Shown here piece by piece: positions 19,812 to 30,499 of a DNA stretch of 64,000 nucleotides. How positions within the stretch are numbered: position 1 is the first letter of the stretch; each line of letters begins with the position of its first letter. The position numbers were made by a program, and so were the translations under genes. The stretch is taken from positions 192,001-256,000 of the forward strand of contig OZ244188.1 of the NCBI GenBank assembly GCA_965216635.1, read 5' to 3'. The DNA comes from a bacterium. GTDB lineage: Bacteria > SAR324 > XYD2-FULL-50-16 > G965216635. The notes under the pieces were generated by a model. The model saw only the letters and a list, made by a program, of their open reading frames with translations. It did no database searches and had not been told where the DNA came from.

Positions 19812-20801
19812 ATGGATTTAATAAAAAGACTCCGAAGAACCCGCCAAAATGAGCAAATTCGCTCTTTAGTTCGCGAAAATTCTGTAAAAGTGGCAGATTT
19901 GATTTTACCTCTCTTTGTTTCTGATGAGAAGAAAAACAGATCTATTTCCTCTATGCCCGATATTTTTTGTTATTGCTTAGAGGGAGTTTTAAGAATTTGT
20001 GAAGAGGCAGTAACTTTAGGTCTTTCAGCCGTTGCCTTGTTTCCTTCTGTAGATAAAAAAAAAAAAGATAAACAAGCAAGCTATGCCTGCAGAGAAGACA
20101 ATTTTTATTTAAAAGTAGTGGAAAAAATCAAACAACAATACCCTAATCTTTTGGTTATTACCGATGTAGCTATGGATCCTTATAATTCCGATGGCCAAGA
20201 TGGTTTATTAGGAGAAAACCAAGAAATTCTAAACGATGAAACTTTAGAGATACTTTCTCAAATGGCTTTACTACAAGCTGCTGCAGGAGCAGATATTGTA
20301 GCCCCTTCTGATATGATGGATGGTAGAATCAGTTATATTCGCAAGAGACTAGATGCTCAAGGTTATGAAAATACGATATTAATGTCTTATACGGTAAAAT
20401 ATGCATCTGCTTTTTATGCTCCTTTCAGAGATGCTTTAGACAGCAAACCGGGGTTTGGTGATAAAAAAAGCTACCAGATGGATCCTGCAAATTTAAAAGA
20501 AGCCCAGCTAGAAGCCCAGTTAGATTTTGAGGAAGGAGCAGATATTATTATGGTAAAGCCCGGAATTTTTTATTTAGATGTGGTTAGAACTCTTTACAAC
20601 CGACTTCCTATTCCCATAGCATCCTATAATGTTTCTGGGGAATACGCTATGGTAAAAGCAGCAGCCCAAAATGGCTGGATTGATTACAATCAAGCTATTC
20701 AAGAAATAATGTTGAGTTTTAAAAGAGCAGGCTGCAGCATGGTTTTAACCTATCACGCTTTGGATTTAGCTCGTCTTTTACAAGAACATGGAAACTTTTG
20801 A
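19812..20801 (+). CDS. hemB: Porphobilinogen synthase
   Basis: APSDMMDGRI, KYASAFYAPFRDA, MVKPG, YNVSGEY. Confidence 0.95.
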   Translation: MDLIKRLRRTRQNEQIRSLVRENSVKVADLILPLFVSDEKKNRSISSMPDIFCYCLEGVLRICEEAVTLGLSAVALFPSVDKKKKDKQASYACREDNFYLKVVEKIKQQYPNLLVITDVAMDPYNSDGQDGLLGENQEILNDETLEILSQMALLQAAAGADIVAPSDMMDGRISYIRKRLDAQGYENTILMSYTVKYASAFYAPFRDALDSKPGFGDKKSYQMDPANLKEAQLEAQLDFEEGADIIMVKPGIFYLDVVRTLYNRLPIPIASYNVSGEYAMVKAAAQNGWIDYNQAIQEIMLSFKRAGCSMVLTYHALDLARLLQEHGNF

Positions 20802-21534
20802 GTGGGTTTTAAGAAAAGATATAGGAGGCAGGAAAGAACAACAGGACAGCGGTTGCGTTTTGGTGAAAGATAATATCCTTTTAGCAGCCGTAGCTGATGG
20901 TTTAGGTGGACATAGAGGTGGAGCGCTTGCGTCTCAGACAGTAGTAGAAAAAATAAAAGAAACATTTTCCAAAGAATCCTTTCCAGTCAAATCTCCCGCA
21001 GTTTGGATGGATAAATTTTGTTCGCAAATTCATTCCGCAATAGTTAGCAAAGGAGAAAAGCAAGGAAGCGATCCTATGACGACAATTGTTTTTCTTTTAA
21101 TCCAAGAAAATCGTGCCTATTGGTTTCATGTGGGAGATAGCCGTCTTTATTATTTTTTTAGTCAAAGCTTTAAACTTCGCACGCAAGACCATTCCCAAGT
21201 GCAACATCTTGTAAATCTTGGGCTAGTAAAAGAAGAAGAAATGGGAAATCATCCAGAACAGAATTTACTTTTGCGGTGTTTAGGAGGAAACGATTGGCAA
21301 CCAGATTTTGGAAGTGATAATTTTTCTGAAGACAAGGCTATTTTATTATGCACTGATGGCTTTTGGGAAGTATTTAACAAAAAAGAAATGTCCTGCTTGG
21401 CTTATAGTAAAAACTTAAAAAAAGACGCCACTAGAGCTATGAATTTAGCAGCTCGCAGAGGTGGAGTTAGAGGAGATAATTTAACTTTTATTGTAGTAAG
21501 ACCGTCACATAACGCCAATGCAGTGCTCTTGTAG
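20788..21534 (+). CDS. PP2C-family Ser/Thr protein phosphatase
   Basis: VADGLGGH, HVGDSRLY, LCTDG, DN motifs. Confidence 0.9.
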   Translation: METFEWVLRKDIGGRKEQQDSGCVLVKDNILLAAVADGLGGHRGGALASQTVVEKIKETFSKESFPVKSPAVWMDKFCSQIHSAIVSKGEKQGSDPMTTIVFLLIQENRAYWFHVGDSRLYYFFSQSFKLRTQDHSQVQHLVNLGLVKEEEMGNHPEQNLLLRCLGGNDWQPDFGSDNFSEDKAILLCTDGFWEVFNKKEMSCLAYSKNLKKDATRAMNLAARRGGVRGDNLTFIVVRPSHNANAVLL

Positions 21535-21541
21535 TTAGAAA

Positions 21542-22099
21542 ATGTTTATGAAAGAATCCCAAGAAAAATTTAAGATAAGAAAAGAAGTTGCCACAAAATG
21601 GTTAGCAGTAAAGAAAGAAAAAACTGCTGCTTGGGTTATAATTGCTTTAGAAAAAATATCTAATCTCAAAGAATTTTTAGAAGCCAAGATAATTTTAGTT
21701 TATGCTCCTCAGCCTAAAAGGGAGATAAATTTTGTGGCTAGTCTAATGGAAATGTTCCCAGAAAAAATTTATGCTTTTCCTAGAATTATTAGTGATACAA
21801 AAATAGATTTTTTCAAAATAAAAAAATATCAATATCTTATAAAGCAAGAGTTTGGCATTTTATCACCAACACCAAATTCTACAAAACTAGAAGACAACCC
21901 TCATTTTGCATTTATTCCAGCAGTAGCCTGTGATAAAAATAACAATAGACTGGGAAGAGGTGCAGGTTTTTACGATAGGTATTTACAAACACAAACCAAT
22001 CTTTTCAAGGTTTGTATTTTACCCTACTTTGCAGTTTATAACGAGATACCTGTAGAAAAATGGGACCAAAAAGTGGATAAAATATTTTTTATTCCGTAA
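21542..22099 (+). CDS. 5-formyltetrahydrofolate cyclo-ligase
   Basis: RLGRGAGFYDRYL motif. Confidence 0.88.
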   Translation: MFMKESQEKFKIRKEVATKWLAVKKEKTAAWVIIALEKISNLKEFLEAKIILVYAPQPKREINFVASLMEMFPEKIYAFPRIISDTKIDFFKIKKYQYLIKQEFGILSPTPNSTKLEDNPHFAFIPAVACDKNNNRLGRGAGFYDRYLQTQTNLFKVCILPYFAVYNEIPVEKWDQKVDKIFFIP

Positions 22100-22119
22100 T
22101 TCCTTTTAATTTTTAAAAA

Positions 22120-22215
22120 ATGGATAGTAAAAAAATCATAGAAGAAATTCTCAACCAAATTCCAACACAGGAAGAAAAGCGGTATGTTTTTCGAGGAGAA
22201 AATAATGCAGAATGA
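22120..22215 (+). pseudogene. Probable remnant of an FRG-domain gene
   Basis: 31-aa ORF MDSKKIIEEILNQIPTQEEKRYVFRGENNAE* stops just after the FRG motif. Confidence 0.45.
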
Positions 22216-22243
22216 TCAAGTATAAAAAATTTCTAAAGAAAAA

Positions 22244-25200
22244 ATGCAAATAGCCATAAAAGAATATTACGAAGAAAAAACAGAATTGGTTCGCCGTACT
22301 GGTTCTACGAATGAAACAGTTATCCGTGAAGCTTTTAAAAATCTCATTCAAAAATATGCTAGAAAAAAAGATTTGTTCCTTATCCCAGAATTGCCTGTAG
22401 GAGATAAACGTATTACTCCAGACGGCACACTCAAAAATTCTTTAAGACTAGATTTAGGCTATTGGGAATCTAAAGATAGTAAAGATGATTTAAAGCAAGA
22501 AATTCAAAAAAAAACACAGAAAGGCTACCCTTTAAATAATATGCTTTTTGAAGATAGCGAAACTGCTATTTTGTATCAAGATAAAAATCTAGTCAAAGAA
22601 GCAGATATAAAAGATCATTCAGAACTGGATAAAATTATCCAACAATTTATAGACTACCAGCCTCCTGAAGTCCAAGAATTTTTTAAGGCACTAGAACAAT
22701 TCAAAACAGATATTCCTCAAATAGCGGATAGCTTAAAAAAACTAATCCAAGAACAAAAAGAACCGCGTTATATTCAAAAAAGAGATGGTTTTTTAGAGCT
22801 TTGTAAAGAAGAAATTAACCCGCATATTTCCCAAGCAGACATAGAAGAAATGATGGTGCAGCATATTCTTACCCAAGATATTTTCACTGCTATTTTTGAC
22901 GATAGCGGTTTTCACCGCCAAAACAATATCGCCAAAGAACTAGAAAAAATTATAGAAATTTTTCTTGATAGAGAATTTCGCAAAAACAAATTGGATTCTA
23001 TCCAGTATTACTACAGAATTATCAACGCACAGGCTAGTAGCATTGCAGATTATAATGAAAAACAAAAATTTTTAAAAATAGTCTATGAAAATTTTTACAA
23101 AGCCTATAACCCCAAAGCAGCCGATAGGCTAGGAGTAGTTTATACTCCCAATGAAATTGTGAGATTTATCAATAGAAATGCAGACCATCTTTTAGAAAAA
23201 CACTTCCAAAAAAATCTACATAGCGAAGGAGTAGAAATACTAGACCCTGCTGTTGGTACTGGAACTTTTATTACAGATTTAATTGATTGGATTCCCAAAC
23301 AGTATTTAGAATACAAATACAAAAATGAAATTCACGCAAACGAGGTTGCTATTCTGCCTTATTATATTGCCAATCTTAATATTGAATATATCTACCAGAA
23401 AAAAATGAGCACTTACTCAGAATACAAAAATATCTGTTTCGTAGATACTTTGGATAATACTGTAGCTACAAAAGGTGGAGGACAAACAATGAAGCTTATC
23501 GTGAGTAATGAAAATAGCGAAAGAATAAATACACAAAATAAAAAGAAAATTTCTGTTGTTATTGGAAATCCACCTTACAACGCAAACCAGCAAAATTTTA
23601 ATGATTTTAACAAAAATAGAGAATACCCAGTAATAGACAAGAGAATCAAAGCTACTTATGTAAAAGAAAGCACAGCCCAAAAAACCAAAACCTACGATAT
23701 GTATTCTCGTTTTATCCGCTGGGCGAGCGACCGTATTAAAGAGCAAGGTATTGTAGCCTTTGTTTGCAACCGTAGTTTTATAGATGCTCGTAGTTTTGAC
23801 GGTTTTAGAAAGTGCATCTCCTCAGAATTTGATTATTGTTATGTAGTGGATACTCACGGAGATATAAGGAGTAAACAAAGAGAAGCTGGGGGTAATGTTT
23901 TTGGCATTCAAACAGGGGTTGCTATCCTTTTTTTGGTAAAGAAAGAAGAAGACGCTCATTCTTGTCAAATTTATTATAGCGAGATAGAAAAACTGTTGGG
24001 TGCAAAAGAGAAGCTAGATTGGTTACAGAATCAAAAATGGGAAGATATAAAATTTAAGAGAATCATTCCCGATAAAAAAAACAACTGGTTCAACCAAATA
24101 GAAAACGATTGGAGTGATATGCCTAAACTAGCAGATAAGAAGGTCAAACAAGGAAAAGAAGGAGTATTGCATAGAGCTATTTTTCAACTCTATTCTTTAG
24201 GGGCTGTTTCTAATAGAGATGAATGGGTCTATGACTTTAACAAACAAAATTTACAAAAAAAAGTAAAATATTTTATCCAAATTTATGAAAAAAAAAGAGA
24301 ATCTTTTTTTAATCAATCTGAAACAGAAATAAAAAAACAAATTGCCGAAGGACTGCCTCCTCGTTTGGGAAAAGAAATAAAATTTACAAGGGAGCTTATA
24401 AAAAATGATTTTAAAAAAAACAAAGAAATTCAATGCCAACCAAAAAAAACAATTACTACTTTTTACAAACCTTTTGTAAAAAAATGGAATTACTTTGATA
24501 CTGAACATGCGATCACACATTGTCACTACCAAAACACTCATATTTTTGGAAAATACGGCACCCAGTCCAATCAAATTATTTGTTTTGATAGAAGAGAAAA
24601 AACAATTTTTAATTGTTTAGCTTCAAACAAACTCGTAGATCTTCACTATCTAGGAGATTCTCAATGCTTTCCTCTTTATCGCTATGAAAATGGCAAAAAA
24701 ATAGAAAACATTACCGATTGGGGCTTACAAGAAATAGGAAAACACTACCCAAATCTTAAAATCAGTAAGCCAGATATTTTTCATTTTATCTATGCAGTTT
24801 TGCACTGCCCAGAATACCGCAACAAATATAAACTCAACCTGCAACAAGAACTGCCACGATTACCGCTTGGAGAAGAGAAATACCAAAATTTCGGGCAATG
24901 GAAAACTTGGGGCGAGCAACTTATGAAATTGCATCTTGATTTTGAAAACTGCAAACCCTATCCTTTAGAAAGAAGAGACAACAAAAAAACAAATTCTCTT
25001 CGTGCTTTATTGCGAGCTGATAAATCAGCCGAAAACAGAGGCTCTATCCGTATAGACGAGAAAACTAGCCTGCACGGTGTTCCAAGTATTGCTTGGGAAT
25101 ATCAATTAAATGGTCGCTCTCCTATGGAATGGGTGCTAAACCAATACAAACCTAAAAAAATAAAAGACCAGAGCGTAGCTGAAATGTTTGACTCTTACGA

Positions 25201-25297
25201 TTTTGCTGAACACAAAGAAACAGTGATTGCCTTGCTTCAAAAATTATGCACTCTTTCTGTAGAAACTATGAAAATTCTTTCACAAATTTCTAAATAA
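22244..25297 (+). CDS. Single-polypeptide restriction-modification enzyme (nuclease + N6-adenine MTase + type ISP-like specificity domain, no helicase)
   Basis: PDG...WESK nuclease motif, DPAVGTGTF, GNPPY, SNRDEWVY. Confidence 0.85.
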   Translation: MQIAIKEYYEEKTELVRRTGSTNETVIREAFKNLIQKYARKKDLFLIPELPVGDKRITPDGTLKNSLRLDLGYWESKDSKDDLKQEIQKKTQKGYPLNNMLFEDSETAILYQDKNLVKEADIKDHSELDKIIQQFIDYQPPEVQEFFKALEQFKTDIPQIADSLKKLIQEQKEPRYIQKRDGFLELCKEEINPHISQADIEEMMVQHILTQDIFTAIFDDSGFHRQNNIAKELEKIIEIFLDREFRKNKLDSIQYYYRIINAQASSIADYNEKQKFLKIVYENFYKAYNPKAADRLGVVYTPNEIVRFINRNADHLLEKHFQKNLHSEGVEILDPAVGTGTFITDLIDWIPKQYLEYKYKNEIHANEVAILPYYIANLNIEYIYQKKMSTYSEYKNICFVDTLDNTVATKGGGQTMKLIVSNENSERINTQNKKKISVVIGNPPYNANQQNFNDFNKNREYPVIDKRIKATYVKESTAQKTKTYDMYSRFIRWASDRIKEQGIVAFVCNRSFIDARSFDGFRKCISSEFDYCYVVDTHGDIRSKQREAGGNVFGIQTGVAILFLVKKEEDAHSCQIYYSEIEKLLGAKEKLDWLQNQKWEDIKFKRIIPDKKNNWFNQIENDWSDMPKLADKKVKQGKEGVLHRAIFQLYSLGAVSNRDEWVYDFNKQNLQKKVKYFIQIYEKKRESFFNQSETEIKKQIAEGLPPRLGKEIKFTRELIKNDFKKNKEIQCQPKKTITTFYKPFVKKWNYFDTEHAITHCHYQNTHIFGKYGTQSNQIICFDRREKTIFNCLASNKLVDLHYLGDSQCFPLYRYENGKKIENITDWGLQEIGKHYPNLKISKPDIFHFIYAVLHCPEYRNKYKLNLQQELPRLPLGEEKYQNFGQWKTWGEQLMKLHLDFENCKPYPLERRDNKKTNSLRALLRADKSAENRGSIRIDEKTSLHGVPSIAWEYQLNGRSPMEWVLNQYKPKKIKDQSVAEMFDSYDFAEHKETVIALLQKLCTLSVETMKILSQISK

Positions 25298-25304
25298 AAA
25301 AATA

Positions 25305-26480
25305 ATGAAAAACTATCTAACTCCAAACTACAAACCTTTTTCTCTCATACCTCATTCTGCTAAAGGAACTTGGGTTTATGACAAAAAAGGACAAGATTTT
25401 TTGGATCTTACAGGAGGTATAGCCGTGAATTGTTTAGGGCATTGTCACCCTAAAATTTTAGAAACTTTAGAAAAACAGGCAAAAAAACTTTGGCATACTA
25501 GTAATTATTTTATCAATACTCCCGCCTTAAAATTAGCTGAGAAACTTATCCAACTCACTTTTGCAGGGAAAGTTTTTTTTTCCAATTCTGGTTCTGAAGC
25601 AAATGAAGCAGCCCTCAAACTAAGTCGGTTGTATGCTTTCAAAAATTTTGCAAAAGATAAAAACATCATCCATTCTTTTAAAAACTCCTTTCACGGAAGA
25701 AGTCTTTTTACAGTGACCGCTGGAGGAACAGATAGTTACAAAACTGGTTTTGCACCTCTGCCTCAAGCGATTGAGCATACAGATTTCAATGATATACAAG
25801 CTTTAGAAAATGCAATGAGTGAAAAAAGTTGTGCTGTGATTTTGGAGCCTATTCAAGGAGAAGGAGGTATTAACCTTATAGATTTACAATTTTTAAAAAA
25901 AGTAAGAAAGCTATGCAACCAATACAAGGCTTGTCTTATTTTTGACGAAGTTCAAACAGGAATGGGCCGTACAGGATCTTTTTATGCCTATCAAGAATGG
26001 GGAATAGAACCAGATATATTAACCATAGCAAAAGCATTAGGAGGAGGTTTTCCTATTTCTGCTATGATCTGCCGAGACTATCTAGCAGAAGTTTTGCAAG
26101 CTGGAACTCACGGTTCTACCTTTGGAGGTAATCCATTAGCCTGTGCGGTAGCCTATGAAGTAGTAAGTACTGTAAGCAAAAAAAAATTCTTGGCAAAAGT
26201 GAAAAAAAGTTCAGAATTTTTTTTTCAAAATTTAAACAAAATACAACAAAAATACTCACTCTTTACATCTATAAGAGGTATGGGTTTGATGATAGGAGTA
26301 GAATTTAAACCCAATTATTCTGTGCAAAAATTTATTAGTTTGGCATTAGAACAAAAGCTACTCGTTTTATCGGCTGGAGGGAATGTTTTAAGAATGCTAC
26401 CGCCACTTAATATTTCGCAAGCTGAAATCAAAGAATCTTTTAGGAGATTAGAAAAAAGTATTCAAAAATTTTTAAAATGA
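25305..26480 (+). CDS. argD: Acetylornithine/succinylornithine aminotransferase
   Basis: GGIAVNCLGHCHP, FHGR, EPIQGEGG, DEVQTG, AKALGGG. Confidence 0.9.
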   Translation: MKNYLTPNYKPFSLIPHSAKGTWVYDKKGQDFLDLTGGIAVNCLGHCHPKILETLEKQAKKLWHTSNYFINTPALKLAEKLIQLTFAGKVFFSNSGSEANEAALKLSRLYAFKNFAKDKNIIHSFKNSFHGRSLFTVTAGGTDSYKTGFAPLPQAIEHTDFNDIQALENAMSEKSCAVILEPIQGEGGINLIDLQFLKKVRKLCNQYKACLIFDEVQTGMGRTGSFYAYQEWGIEPDILTIAKALGGGFPISAMICRDYLAEVLQAGTHGSTFGGNPLACAVAYEVVSTVSKKKFLAKVKKSSEFFFQNLNKIQQKYSLFTSIRGMGLMIGVEFKPNYSVQKFISLALEQKLLVLSAGGNVLRMLPPLNISQAEIKESFRRLEKSIQKFLK

Positions 26481-26800
26481 ATAAAACAGAATTCAGCGAC
26501 TATTTGATGAGCCACCTAGCCAAGAATAAAAAACATTTTCAAAAACTTTCTGTTCTAGAAAAGAAATCTTATGCTAATTCTATAGTGGAATGTTTTTTTA
26601 GCTCTATTACTGAATGTCTACAAACAAGAGATAAGATAGAAATACGCGGGCTGGGCGTCTTCAAAGTTAAAGAATACAAAAATTTTTTAGTTAGGAATCC
26701 TAGAAACATCCAAGATAGAAAAATAGTTTCTAAGCAACTTCCTACTTTTAAACCTTCCAAATTGTTGAAACAGAAATTGATAGATTTAGCCAATACGTAG
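26477..26800 (+). CDS. HU/IHF-family DNA-binding protein
   Basis: IEIRGLGVF, RNPR, PTFKPSKLLK. Confidence 0.85.
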   Translation: MNKTEFSDYLMSHLAKNKKHFQKLSVLEKKSYANSIVECFFSSITECLQTRDKIEIRGLGVFKVKEYKNFLVRNPRNIQDRKIVSKQLPTFKPSKLLKQKLIDLANT

Positions 26801-27067
26801 TGAGTCAATAAATAACTAAAATAGGCTTTTCAAGGGACGACTATTTATAAAGGCTAGCTTCTCCTAAAAATTCTGCATCACCAAAAAAAGATTCCTCTAA
26901 AAATTCTACAAAATTAAAATCAACTTTTTTAAAGAATTTTGCTCCTAAAAAATCAAAGATTCTATTTTTAAAATAACCATCTTTGATTTCTAGATTTGAT
27001 CAAAACTTTTGAAAAAAATCTTGATGATTGGTTTTTTTATTTCGCTTTTTTAATCTAACTGGATCCC

Positions 27068-28561
27068 TTAATCTAACTGTATCCAGGTGGTTTTGAGTTC
27101 GGTGAATTTATCTATAGCGTGCAACGATAGGTCTCTGCCTATACCAGACTGCTTGTAGCCTCCAAAAGGAGTCATCGGAGAAACTACGTCTACGGTATTG
27201 ACGGAAACAGATCCCGCCCTTATTCTACGAGCGAGTTTGTGGGCTTTGCTTAAATTTTCAGTCCATAAAGAAGCAACCAATCCGTAGGTGCTGTCGTTGG
27301 CTTTTTGGATAGCTTCGTCATCGGTCTTGAAAGTATCAACGACAACTACGGGTCCAAAAATTTCTTCTCGCACAATGCACGCGTCTTTTTTAGGTGCTTC
27401 AAAAATGGTAGGTTCTATAAAACAATTCACTCCTCCTATTTCTAGTCTGTTTCCTCCATAAACAAGGGTGGCTTCTGTTTTTCCTTTTTCAATATAGCCC
27501 ATCACCTTGTCAGCGTGGGATTGCTCTACCATAGCTCCCAATTCGTTTTCTGGATCTAGCGGGTTGCCTACTTTGATTTTCTTTGTTTTTTCTATGATTT
27601 TTTTCATCAACTCTTCTTTAAGGCTTTCGTGTATCAAAAGACGGGTATTTGCAGAACACATTTCTCCTTGATTAAAAGTAAAACCTTCTACAGATTTTTC
27701 TGCTATTTTATCTAAATCTTTGGCGTCTTCTAAAACTATGTTGGGAGATTTACCTCCAGCCTCTACCCAAATTCTTTTCATATTGGAACGAGCCGAGTAT
27801 TCCAAAAATAACTTGCCAATTTCAGTGGAACCAGTAAAAGCGACACAATCTATATCGGAATGTATACCGATAGCCTTGCCAGCGGTTTCTCCAAAGCCTG
27901 TTACTACATTAAAAACGCCATCTGGAATTCCAGCCTCCAAGGCTAATTCTGCTAATTTTAAGGCAGACGAGGGAGATTGTTCGGCTGGTTTTAAAATAAA
28001 AGAATTTCCAGAAATTAAAGCAGGTGCAGTTTTCCACATAGCCATATCCAAGGGAAAATTCCACGGCACTACAGCTCCGATAACTCCCATAGGCTCGCGG
28101 GTAATTGTAGCAAAAGCATCCTTTCTGACAGGAGCTATTTCGTCGTAAATTTTATCTATACTCTCAGCATACCATCTTAAAACACCGCAGGCTGCTGGAA
28201 CATCGCTTACATAAGCCATTTGTACAGATTTTCCCATATCTAAACTTTCTAACAAAGCAAAGGTTTCGCTATTTCGCTCTATTAAGTCCACCAATTTAAG
28301 CAAAATTTTTTTCTTCTCACTAGGATTCGTTTCGCTCCAAACTCCTTTGTTAAAAGATTGTCTTGCGGCTTGGACGGCTTTTTCTACATCTTCTTTATCG
28401 CAGGCAGCTACTTGGGCTAAAACTTCTCCGGTAGCAGGGTTTATGTTTTCAAAAGTTTTTCCGCTTACGGCAGAAACAAATTCTCCATCAATAAAAGCAA
28501 GATTGGGAAATTTTATTTTTTCAGCTTCTGTTTTCCAAAATTCATAAGTTTTTTCTTTCAT
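27068..28561 (-). CDS. Aldehyde dehydrogenase, PuuC-like
   Basis: PWNFP, FTGST, EAGGKSP, NQGEMCSA, EEIFGP. Confidence 0.9.
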   Translation of the reverse strand: MKEKTYEFWKTEAEKIKFPNLAFIDGEFVSAVSGKTFENINPATGEVLAQVAACDKEDVEKAVQAARQSFNKGVWSETNPSEKKKILLKLVDLIERNSETFALLESLDMGKSVQMAYVSDVPAACGVLRWYAESIDKIYDEIAPVRKDAFATITREPMGVIGAVVPWNFPLDMAMWKTAPALISGNSFILKPAEQSPSSALKLAELALEAGIPDGVFNVVTGFGETAGKAIGIHSDIDCVAFTGSTEIGKLFLEYSARSNMKRIWVEAGGKSPNIVLEDAKDLDKIAEKSVEGFTFNQGEMCSANTRLLIHESLKEELMKKIIEKTKKIKVGNPLDPENELGAMVEQSHADKVMGYIEKGKTEATLVYGGNRLEIGGVNCFIEPTIFEAPKKDACIVREEIFGPVVVVDTFKTDDEAIQKANDSTYGLVASLWTENLSKAHKLARRIRAGSVSVNTVDVVSPMTPFGGYKQSGIGRDLSLHAIDKFTELKTTWIQLD

Positions 28562-28611
28562 TTTTTATTTAGGTGATAATTTGATTAAAAATACACGCTC
28601 TACACAATTAG

Positions 28612-28738
28612 ATAGACCTTTGAATTTGCCAAATAGAACAAAACTAGCTGCGACGGCTAGCCAAATGGTTAGAACAGGAGCGAAAAAAACTTTCGCTCCT
28701 GGTCTAGCTTTCCTATAATGCTAAAGTTCAAAGGTCTC
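28612..28738. mobile_element. MITE-like repeat variant
   Basis: tagacctttgaatttgcc ... ttcaaaggtctc; ggctagccaaatggttagaacagg module. Confidence 0.7.
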
Positions 28739-28917
28739 AACAGTATTGTCAAAAATACGCGCAGCTACAAAGTTATTCAGATTCTATCTCTAATTAAAAT
28801 TGCAACTGCACCTTGCCTCACACTTATCCTGGAATTTCCTTTCTTGTGTTTGAAATTTTATCAAATTATCTCAAAACCGCTAGAAAGCTAATTCAACAAA
28901 TTGTAGGATAGTTACTA

Positions 28918-29970
28918 TCAATTATATCTATAGGGTCTTCCCGCTTTTTGCATATCAGAGTTATATTTTTTGAAGATATTAACGACCTTAGCCTTCGTTT
29001 TTGACTCTGCTGCTATTTTGTCCCAAAACTTAACAGCTGCCTTTTCCACTCTAGCCCATTCGCTATCAGATATAGTTGTTAGTTTGAGTTTTTTACCATA
29101 AACTCTGAGAGAAGCTTCGCCTCCCCAATACCACCATTGCCTATAATAGTGTGAACTATCCATAGTAAGCTGCAGAAGCTCTTTCAAGTGAGCAGGTAAT
29201 TTGTTATACTGCTTCATATTCGCAAAAAACGAACCCGCCCAAGCACCAGAAATATTGTTGGTGAGAAAATATTTCGTAACATCTGCCCAACCTACAGTAT
29301 AGTCTTCTGTTATCCCAGACCACGCAATACCATCTAGTTCTCCAGTTTGAACAGCAACCTCAATATCTTCCCAAGGCAATGTAACAGGCACTACTCCAAA
29401 CTGTTTAAGAAACCTTCCCGCTGTTGGAAATGTAAAGACTCTTAATCCTTTTAAATCAGACAGTTTACGGATAGGTTTCTTAGTTGCAAAATGACAAGGG
29501 TCCCAAGCACCTGCTGACAAATGTTTTACTCCGAGTTTTGAATATTCTGCATCCCAAATCTTATTCAATCCATATTGATTAAATAATACAGGAACATCCA
29601 GAGAGTACCTACTAGCAAAAGGGAAATAGCCTCCAAAAACAGTAACCTCAGTGGGAGAAGCCATAGAATCATCATCCGATTGCACTGCGTCTATTGTGCC
29701 TTTTTGCATTGCTCTGAAAAGCTCACTTGTAGGAACTAATTGATCAGAAAAATACAATTCTATTTTCATTTCACCCTTTGCAACTTTATTAAAACTATCA
29801 ATTGCCGGTTTGATTACATGTTTTGCTAAGGCTGGTCCTGCATAGGTCTGCATTCTCCAGCGAATCTCCTTTTTAGCGTGAACTACAGGGGCTTTTGTTA
29901 TCAAAGCAGCAGCCCCTACACCAGCTATTCCAGCTCCTTTGATGAATTTACGTCTAGTTGTTGTATTCAT
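28918..29970 (-). CDS. TRAP transporter substrate-binding protein (DctP family, Tat signal)
   Basis: MNTTTRRKFIK Tat motif; DLKGLRV; start moved to 29970 because the longer ORF begins inside a repeat. Confidence 0.88.
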   Translation of the reverse strand: MNTTTRRKFIKGAGIAGVGAAALITKAPVVHAKKEIRWRMQTYAGPALAKHVIKPAIDSFNKVAKGEMKIELYFSDQLVPTSELFRAMQKGTIDAVQSDDDSMASPTEVTVFGGYFPFASRYSLDVPVLFNQYGLNKIWDAEYSKLGVKHLSAGAWDPCHFATKKPIRKLSDLKGLRVFTFPTAGRFLKQFGVVPVTLPWEDIEVAVQTGELDGIAWSGITEDYTVGWADVTKYFLTNNISGAWAGSFFANMKQYNKLPAHLKELLQLTMDSSHYYRQWWYWGGEASLRVYGKKLKLTTISDSEWARVEKAAVKFWDKIAAESKTKAKVVNIFKKYNSDMQKAGRPYRYN

Positions 29971-29980
29971 AATTAATCTT

Positions 29981-30376
29981 GAGACCTTTGAATTAGCGTT
30001 CTGTTTAGCCAAAACAAGCTTATTGCTTCCAACCTATACGGGCTTTAGCAAAAGAGCCACTGGTATGACCATTTGGCTCTTTTGCAGTCTATATTGTGTT
30101 AGCTTTAAGTTTTGTGGTGTTTTTTGCTACGCCGTTAAAAAAAAAATTTAACTCTTGAAATATCGTAGTGCCACAATAATGGCACCAGGTACACTACAAA
30201 ACTTGCGTTATGTGCTCTAAATAAGGCAAAAAAGAATGTAAAAGAGCCAGTGGATCTTCTACTGCAACCCTTATTTTGTGTTAAGAAATAAGAGAGTATT
30301 CCTGCAAGCTAAATTTTTTTTTTGCACTTTTCTAACCATTTGGCTAGCCGTCACATAACACTAATTCAAAGCTCTC
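29981..30376. mobile_element. MITE-like repeat, longest composite copy, inside the TRAP cluster
   Basis: gagacctttgaattagcgttctgtttagcc ... gccgtcacataacactaattcaaagctctc. Confidence 0.75.
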
Positions 30377-30499
30377 GCCTTTAGTTAAGTTTAAAATTAA
30401 GCAAACAATTATTAATTATTCGCTGTACTATAAAAACATAATCTGTTACCCTTAAAGATCTCTTTTTTTTTAAAAAATATTTTAACAGCTAACTAACTT

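Noticed and set aside
29939..30151. 70-aa ORF and the DctP extension to 30012
   Set aside because: Both lie within the composite repeat
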